36,109 bases of DNA from Myxococcota bacterium (GCA_023150835.1 JAKLKB010000116.1:1-36109); one strand, 5' to 3'. Positions 8,800 to 18,187 are shown, counted from the first letter of the stretch. Made by a program: numbers and translations. The notes: generated from the letters alone by a model not told the origin.

Positions 8800-11577
8800 C
8801 TAACGATCTTGGTGGCGTGCGCCCCATTGAAAACCAAACGAAAGGCTCGGATCAAAACGAAAAGCCACAGGGCCGTGGATGAACTTCTTTTCGGGGTTGT
8901 TGTTGAGGGGCCGAAAGATGCCACGAAAGACGATCATGCGAAATCCCAGCGCAAGAAAAAGGCCACTGGTGATCCCGATGCGAAGCTCATTATTCCAGCG
9001 AAAGTCGTGCAAGTTGAGACCGTCTTTGCCCTGACCGATCACAAACGTCATGTTGTACTCGGCTTTGGACTTGAGCGTCAACGGAACCTGCCCAAGCTTT
9101 ACGAATGTCCACCCCTCCACCTCATAATCGACCGAAAACCCCAAAGAGCTATCGAGGTTGACACGCGCAGGGATATTCACAGGATCTTTCAAGGTCAAGC
9201 CGGGCGCCCATTCTTTGCGCCAGACCCCACCGAGCCGCATGGTGATCTTGGAGTCGTATTGAAAGCTAAGCCCCAACTTGGCGCGAGTCTCGAAGTGATG
9301 GAATATCTCGGTGCTTCCGCTGTTTTCAAAGAACTTTTGCGGCGAAAGATCGGGACGTTGGGTGGTGGTGGTTTCCGTCTCAAGCAGCGCCTCGATAAAA
9401 GGCGAGGCCACTTCCCACTTGGTATCTTTGAACACATTCTTCAAAAAATGCCAGTGGTACTGGGTTTTCAACGTCACTTGGTCGGTGCTTTCCTGATAGA
9501 TGCGCGGATCGATCGGACCTGCGGGCGGGCCTTTGCTCCACTGAATGCTCGTATCCAAGGCATAATTGATATGGAGTTCCGTCACCCACAGATGTTGAGA
9601 AGTCTCCATCTTGAGGGAGCTTTGAAGCTGGCCTTGGGCATTGAACTTCTCGTAGAATCCGCCATTAAACTCTTCGTGTTGGGTGTAGACCACATTGATA
9701 TTGATCGGCTCGATGCTGAGCGCCGTAAAGCCCGCTTGGAAAGAGAAGTTGAACGTCCACGTCGGCTTGGCCTCGATATCTTGGAGTTTGCCGTGATGGG
9801 GGATCACTTGTTCTCCCGCCAGATCGGTCTTTTTGGGGTCGCGTCGAAATCCCTTGAATTGATGAAAACGAAAATGATCGACCAAGGCTTGCCGCAACAA
9901 CAGCGGATAACCGCCCGCCCGCGTCAACACCGACATCCGCAAGATCGCAGACTTCGCCAGTTTGGGGTGTTCGCCCATTGCGATGCTTTGGGTGGTGACA
10001 AGATGATAATGCAGCTTTTCCTCGATCTTTCGACCATTCACATTGCTTGAGGACACGCCCACAAAAGAAAATGGCTTGGACGTAGGCCCCGCAGATTCGG
10101 AGGTTTCGATCAGGGCCGTCAGGTCTTTTCCTGTCAGGGTGAGGATCGCAAGCGGTTCTTCCCGAGGGATGGCCCGAAACAGATCATCCATGCTGATATG
10201 CTGCTTGATCGGAAAGACGCCCCCTCCAAATGCCGACGCTGGCAAAAACGCCACTTCTGCCTGCCCTTGCAGCCGCAGCCAGTCCAACACATACTGCCGA
10301 AACTGCTCTTCACTCATGCCATCATCGCCTTGTATCCGCCCGTTTCCAAGCGGTGCGCCCCAGTTTTGGCAGTAGGTTTTTTCCCACCGCAATAATTCTG
10401 CTCGCAGACGTGCATGAGTGTGCTTTTCTTCGGCGGCGAAAAAACGATGATCCACGCGGTCGATCTGGACTTTTCCGTCTTTGCGGCGCAACGACCAACG
10501 CAACTGACCAAGCTGTGCGCCGTGTGGACGCCCGCCCACGATCCACGTCACCGCGCCATTTTCGGCGTAATGCGTGATCATCCCTGTTGCCTTGCCTTTG
10601 GACATTCGACTGGCCACGATCACGTCGATCCCTTCGACTTCGGAGGCCAACTTGCGTGCGTGACTGCCGTTGGAGTCGCCGACTTCGAGATCCGAAAGCA
10701 CCACCACGATATCCGCTTTGTGCTTTTCGCGCAGTTCTTTGACGCGCTCTTTGGCGAAATCATCGGGCGCAACCAACGTGATCTTCCGAGCGCTCGGTTC
10801 TTGCGCCCCCTCAGGCATGGACTCGGGACTTAGATGAAACACTCCGATGCGCCAAGGCCCACGCTGGATCACAAAGGTCGAAGGAGCGACTTGGGTCGGT
10901 TGCTCTTTCAACGCATCGAGCGGATGCTCCGACGGGATCTTCTTGACGTTGGCCAGCGAGAAACGCACACCCGCCGCTCGTGCGGCCTCCAACATCAGCT
11001 TGATCTGACGCAACTCCGTTCCAAAGTCCGCCGCCCCGATCCCCAACACGTCGTACTCCATGAGCGCGAGGTATTTGGCCAAAAAAGCGGCCCCCGTTTG
11101 TGCCCCAAGATGGAGGATATAACGCGCCGAACGATCAGGCGCGAAGCTGTCCCCTGTCGAAAACAGCAACGGCTTGAGCAAGCCCTGTTTCGCGTGTTCT
11201 TGGCGTATCGACTGGATCAATCCAAGGAGGTTCGCCATATCGGGCGGTGTTTCTTCTTGGGTTTCATCCTTTTTCTTCGGGCAAAAGAACGACCGCCAAC
11301 GCCCCCCCAGATCGGTGTGATAAAGCAGCGTCAGCTCGTCGTGTCTCTGCGATGCAACCAACGGCAGCACAGGGGTTTGCGTCGATATCGAGGGTGGGGA
11401 GATGGGAGAGGTCTTCGTTCGAGTAGAGGCATCGGCCTTGGCGGGATTCTGTTTTGGGGTGGCTGTGTCCCCAACGTTGGGGGTTGATTTTCCCGTGTGT
11501 GGGGGAGTTTGAGCAAAAGAAAAACGGTGCAAGCAACCAAAAAGTCCGAGCAATAGGGCAACAAACAAACGTGCCAT
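8800..11577 (-). CDS. Exported 5'-nucleotidase-like (degenerate metallophosphoesterase + C-domain) protein with probable C-terminal outer-membrane beta-barrel
   Basis: Signal peptide; UshA-like segments (LLYHTD, TGD, ANV, RIGV, KADIVVVLS, GIDVIV, DLFRAIP, LTGKDL). C-terminal ~310 aa of alternating aromatic beta-strands ending SFGFQW. Start 11577 inferred. Confidence 0.7.
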   Translation of the reverse strand: MARLFVALLLGLFGCLHRFSFAQTPPHTGKSTPNVGDTATPKQNPAKADASTRTKTSPISPPSISTQTPVLPLVASQRHDELTLLYHTDLGGRWRSFFCPKKKDETQEETPPDMANLLGLIQSIRQEHAKQGLLKPLLFSTGDSFAPDRSARYILHLGAQTGAAFLAKYLALMEYDVLGIGAADFGTELRQIKLMLEAARAAGVRFSLANVKKIPSEHPLDALKEQPTQVAPSTFVIQRGPWRIGVFHLSPESMPEGAQEPSARKITLVAPDDFAKERVKELREKHKADIVVVLSDLEVGDSNGSHARKLASEVEGIDVIVASRMSKGKATGMITHYAENGAVTWIVGGRPHGAQLGQLRWSLRRKDGKVQIDRVDHRFFAAEEKHTHARLRAELLRWEKTYCQNWGAPLGNGRIQGDDGMSEEQFRQYVLDWLRLQGQAEVAFLPASAFGGGVFPIKQHISMDDLFRAIPREEPLAILTLTGKDLTALIETSESAGPTSKPFSFVGVSSSNVNGRKIEEKLHYHLVTTQSIAMGEHPKLAKSAILRMSVLTRAGGYPLLLRQALVDHFRFHQFKGFRRDPKKTDLAGEQVIPHHGKLQDIEAKPTWTFNFSFQAGFTALSIEPININVVYTQHEEFNGGFYEKFNAQGQLQSSLKMETSQHLWVTELHINYALDTSIQWSKGPPAGPIDPRIYQESTDQVTLKTQYHWHFLKNVFKDTKWEVASPFIEALLETETTTTQRPDLSPQKFFENSGSTEIFHHFETRAKLGLSFQYDSKITMRLGGVWRKEWAPGLTLKDPVNIPARVNLDSSLGFSVDYEVEGWTFVKLGQVPLTLKSKAEYNMTFVIGQGKDGLNLHDFRWNNELRIGITSGLFLALGFRMIVFRGIFRPLNNNPEKKFIHGPVAFRFDPSLSFGFQWGARHQDR

Positions 11578-11644
11578 GTGTTTTCTCGTGTGCGTTGCGC
11601 AGCGTGGGGTCTGCGTGTTGTATGCTGAAGCATTCCGAAAAACA

Positions 11645-12091
11645 TCAATTGCAAGTCGTCCCTGCGGGACAGAGGCATTGTCCGGGGATCGATTCGCTTG
11701 GGATATCGCCTTTGCTGGGATCTTGGCAGACAAAGCCTTTTTTGGTGGACATCACCGCTCCCGTTTTTGGGTCGGTGATCTTGTTGCAATCGGCGGCTTG
11801 GAAACAGACGCGGTGGCAATGCGCATCGGGTTGGTTTTTATCGCACACACAAGCCCCTGCGTTGCAGACATACCCGCTTGGGATCGAAGTGTTGTTGGCC
11901 CCCGCTCGTGGGGTCTGATCGCACTCCTCATTTTTCGTGCATTCGGTTAAGCACATCAGATCGCGGCAGCCGTACCCTTGACAAACAAAGTGCGATGTAC
12001 ACACCCGAGAACGGCATCCCACCAAAGAAACACAAAAAACAACCGTCCCTAAAAAAACCAGCAAGAGCCTCTTTTTGACATAATTTGCCAT
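11645..12091 (-). CDS. Cys-rich lipoprotein
   Basis: Basic N-terminus, hydrophobic stretch, lipobox LVGC, many Cys, GAGGG RBS. Confidence 0.8.
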   Translation of the reverse strand: MANYVKKRLLLVFLGTVVFCVSLVGCRSRVCTSHFVCQGYGCRDLMCLTECTKNEECDQTPRAGANNTSIPSGYVCNAGACVCDKNQPDAHCHRVCFQAADCNKITDPKTGAVMSTKKGFVCQDPSKGDIPSESIPGQCLCPAGTTCN

Positions 12092-12113
12092 CGTTTACAC
12101 CCTCAAGACAAAA

Positions 12114-12234
12114 CGAATACGATATCCGAGTGATGTGTACACAAAGGAGAGTACGTAGACGCCCGACTCTTGGGCAGACCCCTGTGTCTGCCACTACATC
12201 CTTACGATCACACAACGGGCGGATCTCGTGTCAC
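12114..12234 (-). repeat. Repeat family R2 copy
   Basis: Reverse complement GTGACACGAGATCCG..GTAGTGGCAGACACAGGGGTCTGCCC..GGGCGTCTAC..CGGATATCGTATTCG; aligns end-to-end with 21469-21588. Confidence 0.85.
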
Positions 12235-12316
12235 ATGCGCTGTTTTTCGTTTGGAAAAACGCACAAACCGAACACACAAAGAGCCGCCTGTTGACAACAA
12301 AAGCCGTGTTCAAAAG

Positions 12317-12431
12317 CCGTGTTCGCAAAACTTCAAGCGGCTGTGCTGTTTGCTTGAAACACCATCGATCACCCCGCCAACACGGGGTCAAGGGGGCAAA
12401 GCTCCCTTGTGGGGCGTGGGGCGCTGCCCCA
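12317..12431 (+). repeat. Repeat family R3 copy 3
   Basis: CCGTGTT..TTCAAGC..GCTTGAA..AACACGG GGTCAAGGGGGC-AAA-GCTCCCTTG..TGGGGCGCTGCCCCA; abuts R1. Confidence 0.85.
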
Positions 12432-12673
12432 TAGGCGTTAGGTTAAGCGCTTGTTGGCCCCCCCACCCCAGCCCTCCCCCGTGAACAGGGGAGGGAGCGA
12501 AAGTCGGAAGCAGCGGGGATGTTGTTTTTTCATGACGCACGCTGTATGCACGAGATGCAGACGCTGCCCGTTCCAACTTCCCCCCGTTGGCCGGGGGGAT
12601 TGAGGGGGGGAGAAAAAAAAGGCGATCAAGACCGACTCTACGAGGTTTCCACCTTAACAAGGCGCGTATGGGG
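12427..12673. repeat. Repeat family R1 copy 2 (complete)
   Basis: Ends CCCCATAGGCG.. and ..GGCGCGTATGGGG; core nearly identical to 1-204. Confidence 0.9.
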
Positions 12674-12716
12674 CAAAGCCCCACGTATCCCAAACCGAAT
12701 TGTGTCCCTTCACGCT

Positions 12717-15062
12717 CTATTTGCAATCAAAGAAACGCACATCATAAGAAAAGACAGTGCCGATCTGAACGGTGTAGGATTCGCCAGCAAGGGGCAGACG
12801 GGGCTTAAACGTGATCCCGCTGGGGTGTCCATAACCTGAGATGCGACCGGTGGTAAGGGTTTGAACGTCGTTGTCGCTTTTTCGGGTGAGAGTGACGGAA
12901 GACACCGCAGAAGTCGAGTACTTGGAGCTTGTGAAGGACCAGAGATCGACGACGGAATAGCCCGAGCCCATGGCTTGTATCGGGACGGGTCCAGCGGGTG
13001 GAAAAGCGACGTAGTCGACTTGGCCGGTTCCAGAGCGATCAAAAGAGTACATACACGAAGCAACGCGCCAGCGGCCCGATCCAGTCGCCAAGCCGAAGGC
13101 CGTCTTGCCCATCCCGGGAGAGATGATCCAGAGGCGATGCCCGAGGGAGGGGGTGCCGCGATCCGCGATGTACTGTGTGACAGTTTCAGCGGGATGGCCG
13201 ACGCCCCACGAAAGGTTACTCGATCCTGATCCTGCGGCTCCACCCGAGGTATAGCAATTCCATGTACTCGGCGGACTGTGTGGATTGGGACCCGCGCCGG
13301 GTCCGTCGTTGTTGGCTTGAAGGACCGCGCATTCTTGCATCTGCTGTTTGAGCGTGGTTTGCTCGGTGACACCGGGCAATCCAACGAGATAGCGATACAG
13401 GCTGACGCGGCGGATGGCATCATCGATCGAAGCTTGTGAGATGGTTCCGGGGTCGCACCCTCCGGCGCTTTGAAAGTTGGCTTGGCTTGTGATGGGGAAG
13501 TCCGCCTTCCATCGCGTGCAGACTTCTTGATCGGTGCGAAGGGCTGGATCCGTCGGCTTTACACAGCTTCCCCCGCTGCATACGTTTCCGCCGCTACAAG
13601 AAGATTGTTTGACCCACTTGAAACAGCCCGTCGCATCGGCTTGACACGCCTCGATATCGTTGGCGGCACAACGCGTTGCCCCGCTGGTACAGGGATTCGG
13701 ACAGGCCGACGCACAGGTATTTCCTTGGCAGCTTTGGCCGCTCGGACAAGCGCTGGCCTTCCATTCGGTGCAGCCGCTGGTTGCTTTTTCGCAACGCTCG
13801 ATCTGCGCCCCCGCACAACGGGTTGCCGCCGCTGTACACGCATCTTGACAAGCGCCCTTGCAAGCGTTGTTTTCGCAGATCTGTCCCGCCGCACAAGGCC
13901 CTTTCTTCCATACAAGGCAGCCATTCGCATCTTTGGCGCACGTCTCCACATCGGTGGCCCCTGCACAACGACTTGCTCCCGCTGTGCAGGCGTCATTACA
14001 AGCGACTTGGCACTTGTTGTCGCGGCAGCTTTGCCCGACAGGACAAGCCGCCGCGCTCCAAGCATAACACCCGCTCCCATCGCGCTCACAGCGCTCGATC
14101 TGTGCGCCTGCACAACGCGTCTGCCCACTTTGACAAGCATTCTGACACGTCGCTGCTTCGCACTTTCCGGCCTTACAAGTCTGCCCCGCAGGACAATCCA
14201 CCACCACACCCCATATTGGGCAGTTTGTGTCGATATCCTTGGCGCACGTTTGATAACCCGCCCCCAAACATTGGGTCGCTCCCACGGTGCAGACATTCAA
14301 ACAAGACTTCGAGCAGATCCCGCCCTGACACAACTCACCCGTCGCACAAGCCGCCGTCGCTCCCCACTGATAACAACCATTCCCGGGATCTTCACAAGCT
14401 TGCACCCCATTTTGCACACAGCGTTTTTCATCTTTTTGACAAGAAGAAGTGCAGCCTCCTGTTCCTTTGCAGCGCCCTTCTTCGCAAGTTTGGTTGCTTG
14501 TGCAGCGTTGGGTGGTGTTCCAGATCGGACACGACAAGCCCGGTTGTTTGGCGCAGACTTGCACGCTGTTTGCTTCGCAGCGCACCGCACCATCTTGGCA
14601 AGTCCCTACGCATCCTGCGACGCCTTGACACACACCGTCTTTGCAAGCCGCTCCCGCAGGACACATCCGATACGGCTTCCAATCGGGACAGTCTGCGGTC
14701 GCCTCTTTTTGGCATAACATCACTTCTTCGCCTTGGCACTTGGTTGTTCCCGCAACACAGGCCCCCGGACATCCTGCTTGAAGCAAACACAACGCCCCTT
14801 GGTTTGTGGTCGTGCAGCGCATCCCGCTCCCACAAGCCCGCAAGATCCAACCCGAACAAGCGCGCTCTGGGATCTTCTCGCAATGCAAAACTCCCTTCTG
14901 CTGAGGATCACAGCGCGTTGAACCTTCTTTGCAGGGTTCACACTCGATCGGCCCGCCGCAAGCCCCCACGCCCCAACCCAAACAGAAAAACATCGACCAC
15001 AACACAACACGTCCAAACCATCGAACGTTCGGTTGCTTTTGTTTTGCTTCTTGCATCCCCAT
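12717..15062 (-). CDS. Lipoprotein with nine ~50-aa Cys-rich repeats and a C-terminal CAP/SCP domain
   Basis: Lipobox GVGAC; repeats C-x3-C-x2-G-x-TRC..C..W..C..C..C; CAP motifs (YRYLVGLP, HSPP, SNL, GHRLWIISP). AAGGAG before ATG 15062. Confidence 0.82.
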   Translation of the reverse strand: MGMQEAKQKQPNVRWFGRVVLWSMFFCLGWGVGACGGPIECEPCKEGSTRCDPQQKGVLHCEKIPERACSGWILRACGSGMRCTTTNQGALCLLQAGCPGACVAGTTKCQGEEVMLCQKEATADCPDWKPYRMCPAGAACKDGVCQGVAGCVGTCQDGAVRCEANSVQVCAKQPGLSCPIWNTTQRCTSNQTCEEGRCKGTGGCTSSCQKDEKRCVQNGVQACEDPGNGCYQWGATAACATGELCQGGICSKSCLNVCTVGATQCLGAGYQTCAKDIDTNCPIWGVVVDCPAGQTCKAGKCEAATCQNACQSGQTRCAGAQIERCERDGSGCYAWSAAACPVGQSCRDNKCQVACNDACTAGASRCAGATDVETCAKDANGCLVWKKGPCAAGQICENNACKGACQDACTAAATRCAGAQIERCEKATSGCTEWKASACPSGQSCQGNTCASACPNPCTSGATRCAANDIEACQADATGCFKWVKQSSCSGGNVCSGGSCVKPTDPALRTDQEVCTRWKADFPITSQANFQSAGGCDPGTISQASIDDAIRRVSLYRYLVGLPGVTEQTTLKQQMQECAVLQANNDGPGAGPNPHSPPSTWNCYTSGGAAGSGSSNLSWGVGHPAETVTQYIADRGTPSLGHRLWIISPGMGKTAFGLATGSGRWRVASCMYSFDRSGTGQVDYVAFPPAGPVPIQAMGSGYSVVDLWSFTSSKYSTSAVSSVTLTRKSDNDVQTLTTGRISGYGHPSGITFKPRLPLAGESYTVQIGTVFSYDVRFFDCK

Positions 15063-15161
15063 CCGATCTTCTCCTTGCGGCCCGCTCGATCCATCTCCAC
15101 AAACGCACGCTGCTCTGCCCTGTTGCGCCTTTGCGCCTCCCAACATGACCCTTGCGCGGCG

Positions 15162-15794
15162 TCACTTGGTCCCAAAGATCCGATCTCCTGCATCGCCTAG
15201 CCCCGGCACGATGTAGCCATGATCGTTGAGGTATTCGTCCACGGCTGCCGTATACACGGGTGTATCGGGATGGTGCTTGTGGAAATAGGCCAAGCCTTCG
15301 GGCGCTGCAAGCAAACACAAAAACTTGATATTGCGCGGTTTGCGCGCTTTGATCCGTTCGACCGCTGCGGCTGCTGAATGGCCTGTCGCCAACATCGGAT
15401 CGACCACGATCACCGCACGCTCTGTAATGTCTTCGGGGATCTTGAAATAGTATTCCACAGGCTGCAACGTCGCAGGATCCCGATACAAACCAAGATGACC
15501 CACCCGCGCAGAAGGCATCAACTGCAACAGACCGTCTAAGATCCCCGTCCCTGCCCGCAAGATCGACACGATCAAGATCTTTTTCCCCTCAAGCAACGGT
15601 GCTTGCATCGGGGCCAACGGTGTTTCAATCTCCTCCATCACCAGAGGCAGATCGCGTGTCACCTCGTACCCCAACAGCAAACTCACCTCGCTGAGCAATC
15701 GACGAAAGCTCGCTGTACTGGTCTCTTTTCGCCGCATAATCGTCAACTTGTGCTGGATCAGTGGGTGTGAGATCACGTGGACTTCAGGCGTCAT
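15162..15794 (-). CDS. upp: Uracil phosphoribosyltransferase
   Basis: [19 protein letters not shown] motif [28 protein letters not shown]. Confidence 0.98.
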   Translation of the reverse strand: MTPEVHVISHPLIQHKLTIMRRKETSTASFRRLLSEVSLLLGYEVTRDLPLVMEEIETPLAPMQAPLLEGKKILIVSILRAGTGILDGLLQLMPSARVGHLGLYRDPATLQPVEYYFKIPEDITERAVIVVDPMLATGHSAAAAVERIKARKPRNIKFLCLLAAPEGLAYFHKHHPDTPVYTAAVDEYLNDHGYIVPGLGDAGDRIFGTK

Positions 15795-16018
15795 CCAAAC
15801 CTCCTATCTTCGGTGTTCTTGATCGCATTTCAATTCAATGTACGCCCTTCATGCAGAAAGGCACGTCATCCTACACCACACATCCCCACAGCGAAAGATG
15901 GCGCGCCTCTGCCCCTCGACACAAACATCCTCATACGCCATCTCTATCCAAAGACGACGCCCCCCACGCACTGCGTCGCTCACAAAAACAATCCACTCTT
16001 ACGCCAAGGAAAAAACGC

Positions 16019-16462
16019 ATGACCCAACCGCACCCACCCGAAAACACACCCCTGACTTCAGCCTTTCCGAGCGATTACGAGCGCATCGGTGGGGAGCCTG
16101 CCCTCCGTCGCATCGTCGAACAATTCGTTGGGCGCTTTTATGATGATCTGATCATCGGTTTTTTCTTTACCAAGATCGATCGCAACCGCTTGATCCAGCA
16201 CGAATTGGAACACGCAAGCCAACACCTTGGCGGCCCACATACCTATCAAGGCCGTCCGATCGGCTCGGCGCATCGGCCTCATCGCATCAATGCCGGCCAA
16301 TTTCATCGCCGCCTGTGGATCGTCGAACAGACTTTGCGCGCCCATCACGTCGACGAAGAGATCATCCAAGCATGGCTCGAACAGGAGCGAAAGCTCTTCA
16401 ACGCCATCACCCAAAATCGCCAATGTGTGGAACCCATCGACACACAGACAAAGGAGTCTTGA
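16019..16462 (+). CDS. Group I truncated (2/2) hemoglobin
   Basis: YERIGG..FFF..LGGP-x2-YxGR..AH (proximal His F8) pattern; start MTQP after AAGGA. Confidence 0.85.
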   Translation: MTQPHPPENTPLTSAFPSDYERIGGEPALRRIVEQFVGRFYDDLIIGFFFTKIDRNRLIQHELEHASQHLGGPHTYQGRPIGSAHRPHRINAGQFHRRLWIVEQTLRAHHVDEEIIQAWLEQERKLFNAITQNRQCVEPIDTQTKES

Positions 16463-16878
16463 TGAATCCGTTGTTTTTGGGCCTAGCAGCAGGCGGGATC
16501 GTGATCATCGTTATGCTACATTATGTTTTAGGCCAAACCAAAACCCGAGAGATGCCGCAAGAGCAGGAGATCCGCGATCGTTTTCATGCAGCGATCGGTG
16601 AAACGCCCGAAGCTCTCGCCCTCTGCCAAACCATGGCTTTTGCCCTTGACCGCAAAAGCCAACAGATCTGGGTGTTGTTTGTGCATGGTCTACACCTCAA
16701 CTTGCGCAGCTATGGGCGCTCAAGTATCCGCTCTTTGCGCATCCAAGGACCCCCGCTTTGTCTCGATCTACGCATCCGATCTTTTGATCGAGGGCGTTTT
16801 TGCGATACATTGCGCGAAGATCAACAAGCACAGGCTGCCCGTTTGTGCGAAACCGTCGCATCATGGGGCGCTGCGTAG
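16462..16878 (+). CDS. Hypothetical protein with N-terminal membrane anchor
   Basis: ATG overlaps the globin TGA; AAGGAG RBS; hydrophobic LFLGLAAGGIVIIVMLHYVLG. Confidence 0.75.
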   Translation: MNPLFLGLAAGGIVIIVMLHYVLGQTKTREMPQEQEIRDRFHAAIGETPEALALCQTMAFALDRKSQQIWVLFVHGLHLNLRSYGRSSIRSLRIQGPPLCLDLRIRSFDRGRFCDTLREDQQAQAARLCETVASWGAA

Positions 16879-16891
16879 GAGAAAAAAGACC

Positions 16892-17788
16892 ATGCCACCG
16901 ATCCACCTACCCGATCCAGTTCAATACGCGATCCCGGGCTTTGTGGCGCTAATCATCTTGGAGATGTTGATCGGAAAGCTCCGTCACAAGGCCGAATATG
17001 AGATCCGTGACACCATCGCCAGCCTATTGATGGGCTTTGGCAATCTCTTGACCAAACTACTCACAGGATTCATCACTCTTGCCGTCAGCGTTTGGGTGTA
17101 CCAATACCGCCTATGGACCGTCCCCTTTGCTTGGTGGGCCTTTGTCCTGATCTTTTTCGCCGAAGATCTCTGCTACTACTGGTTTCACCGCATCAGCCAC
17201 GAATCCCGATGGCTGTGGGCGGCTCACGTCAATCACCATTCCTCCCAACACTACAACCTTTCCACCGCACTGCGCCAAACATGGACGGGGTTTCTCTCGG
17301 GGGGATGGCTGCTTTGGCTTCCTTTGGCCTTTCTCGGCTTTCATCCCGCCCTGATCGCCTTCCAAGCAGGCATCAGCCTTGTCTATCAGTTCTGGATCCA
17401 CACCGAAGCCATCGATCGCCTCGGACCTCTCGAATGGATCCTCAATACCCCTTCCCACCACCGCGTCCACCACGCCACCAATCTCAACTACCTCGACAAA
17501 AATTATGGGGGGATCTTGATCCTCTGGGATCGGATATTCGGCACTTTTGAAGCCGAAGACCCCAACGAGCCTTGCGAATACGGCATCCTCAAGCCACTCG
17601 CGACCTTCAACCCCTTCCAGATCGCTTTCCACGAATGGTTCGCCATCCTCCAAGACGCCCTCAAATCCAACCCCTTGTCTGTGCGCCTGCGTTATCTCTT
17701 TGGCCGCCCCGGCTGGAGTCCCGACGGCTCCACGCTCACCGTCCCCCAAATGCGCGCCGCACAACAGCAAAAACAAAACAACCCATAA
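16892..17788 (+). CDS. Sterol desaturase / fatty-acid hydroxylase family di-iron membrane enzyme (alkylglycerol monooxygenase-like)
   Basis: His boxes YYWFHRISH, HVNHHSS, FWIHT and HHRVHH; NLSTALRQ; DKNYGG..WDRIFGTF; AGGAG RBS. Confidence 0.92.
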   Translation: MPPIHLPDPVQYAIPGFVALIILEMLIGKLRHKAEYEIRDTIASLLMGFGNLLTKLLTGFITLAVSVWVYQYRLWTVPFAWWAFVLIFFAEDLCYYWFHRISHESRWLWAAHVNHHSSQHYNLSTALRQTWTGFLSGGWLLWLPLAFLGFHPALIAFQAGISLVYQFWIHTEAIDRLGPLEWILNTPSHHRVHHATNLNYLDKNYGGILILWDRIFGTFEAEDPNEPCEYGILKPLATFNPFQIAFHEWFAILQDALKSNPLSVRLRYLFGRPGWSPDGSTLTVPQMRAAQQQKQNNP

Positions 17789-17871
17789 ACGACTCTACGC
17801 AACATATTGCAAAAAAACCCGCGTTCGCGCCACTCCACGCGACAGAGCCGTTGATTTGAGAGACCTCTGCT

Positions 17872-18069
17872 CATTTCCGTACATTCCGTACATTCCGTAC
17901 ATTCCGTACATTCCGTACATTCCGTACATTCCGTACATTCCGTACATTCCGTACATTCCGTACATTCCGTACATTCCGTACTTTCCGTACTTTCCGTACT
18001 TTTCGTACTTTTCGTACATTCCGTACTTTTCGTACTTTTCGTACATTCCGTGCTTTCCGTACATTCCGT
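17872..18069. repeat. 9-bp VNTR (ACATTCCGT)n, about 22 units
   Basis: 11 perfect units at 17881-17979, then variants ACTTTCCGT and ACTTTTCGT; lies between convergent genes. Confidence 0.97.
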
Positions 18070-18125
18070 GGACTCTTCTTTTCGATATCCTCTGCGTGAT
18101 GCCCGCGTTTTGTACCCATGTAAGA

Positions 18126-18171
18126 GGGGCCATCTGTGGCTTCACCTAACGCCTAGGGTGGCAAAGCCCCA
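18126..18171 (-). repeat. Relic of an R1 left end
   Basis: GGGGCCA..GCTTCACCTAACGCCTAGG resembles the reverse complement of 12427-12463 and is followed by GGCAAAGCCCCA as at about 12672. Confidence 0.55.
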
Positions 18172-18187
18172 TCACCTATCCTACGGA

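Noticed and set aside
6620-8800. The R-M cassette as a defined mobile element
   Set aside because: No integrase, transposase, TIR or target duplication seen; only a small CACGG-CGCAA-CCGTG hairpin near 8758.
12170-12839. Short ORFs over the repeat mosaic (also 22327-22902)
   Set aside because: The same peptide text recurs at each repeat copy with frameshifts; these are non-coding repeats.
17547-18149. ORFs with (PYI)n, (YGM)n or (VRN)n repeats
   Set aside because: The 9-bp unit has no stop codon, so open frames arise automatically; no convincing RBS.
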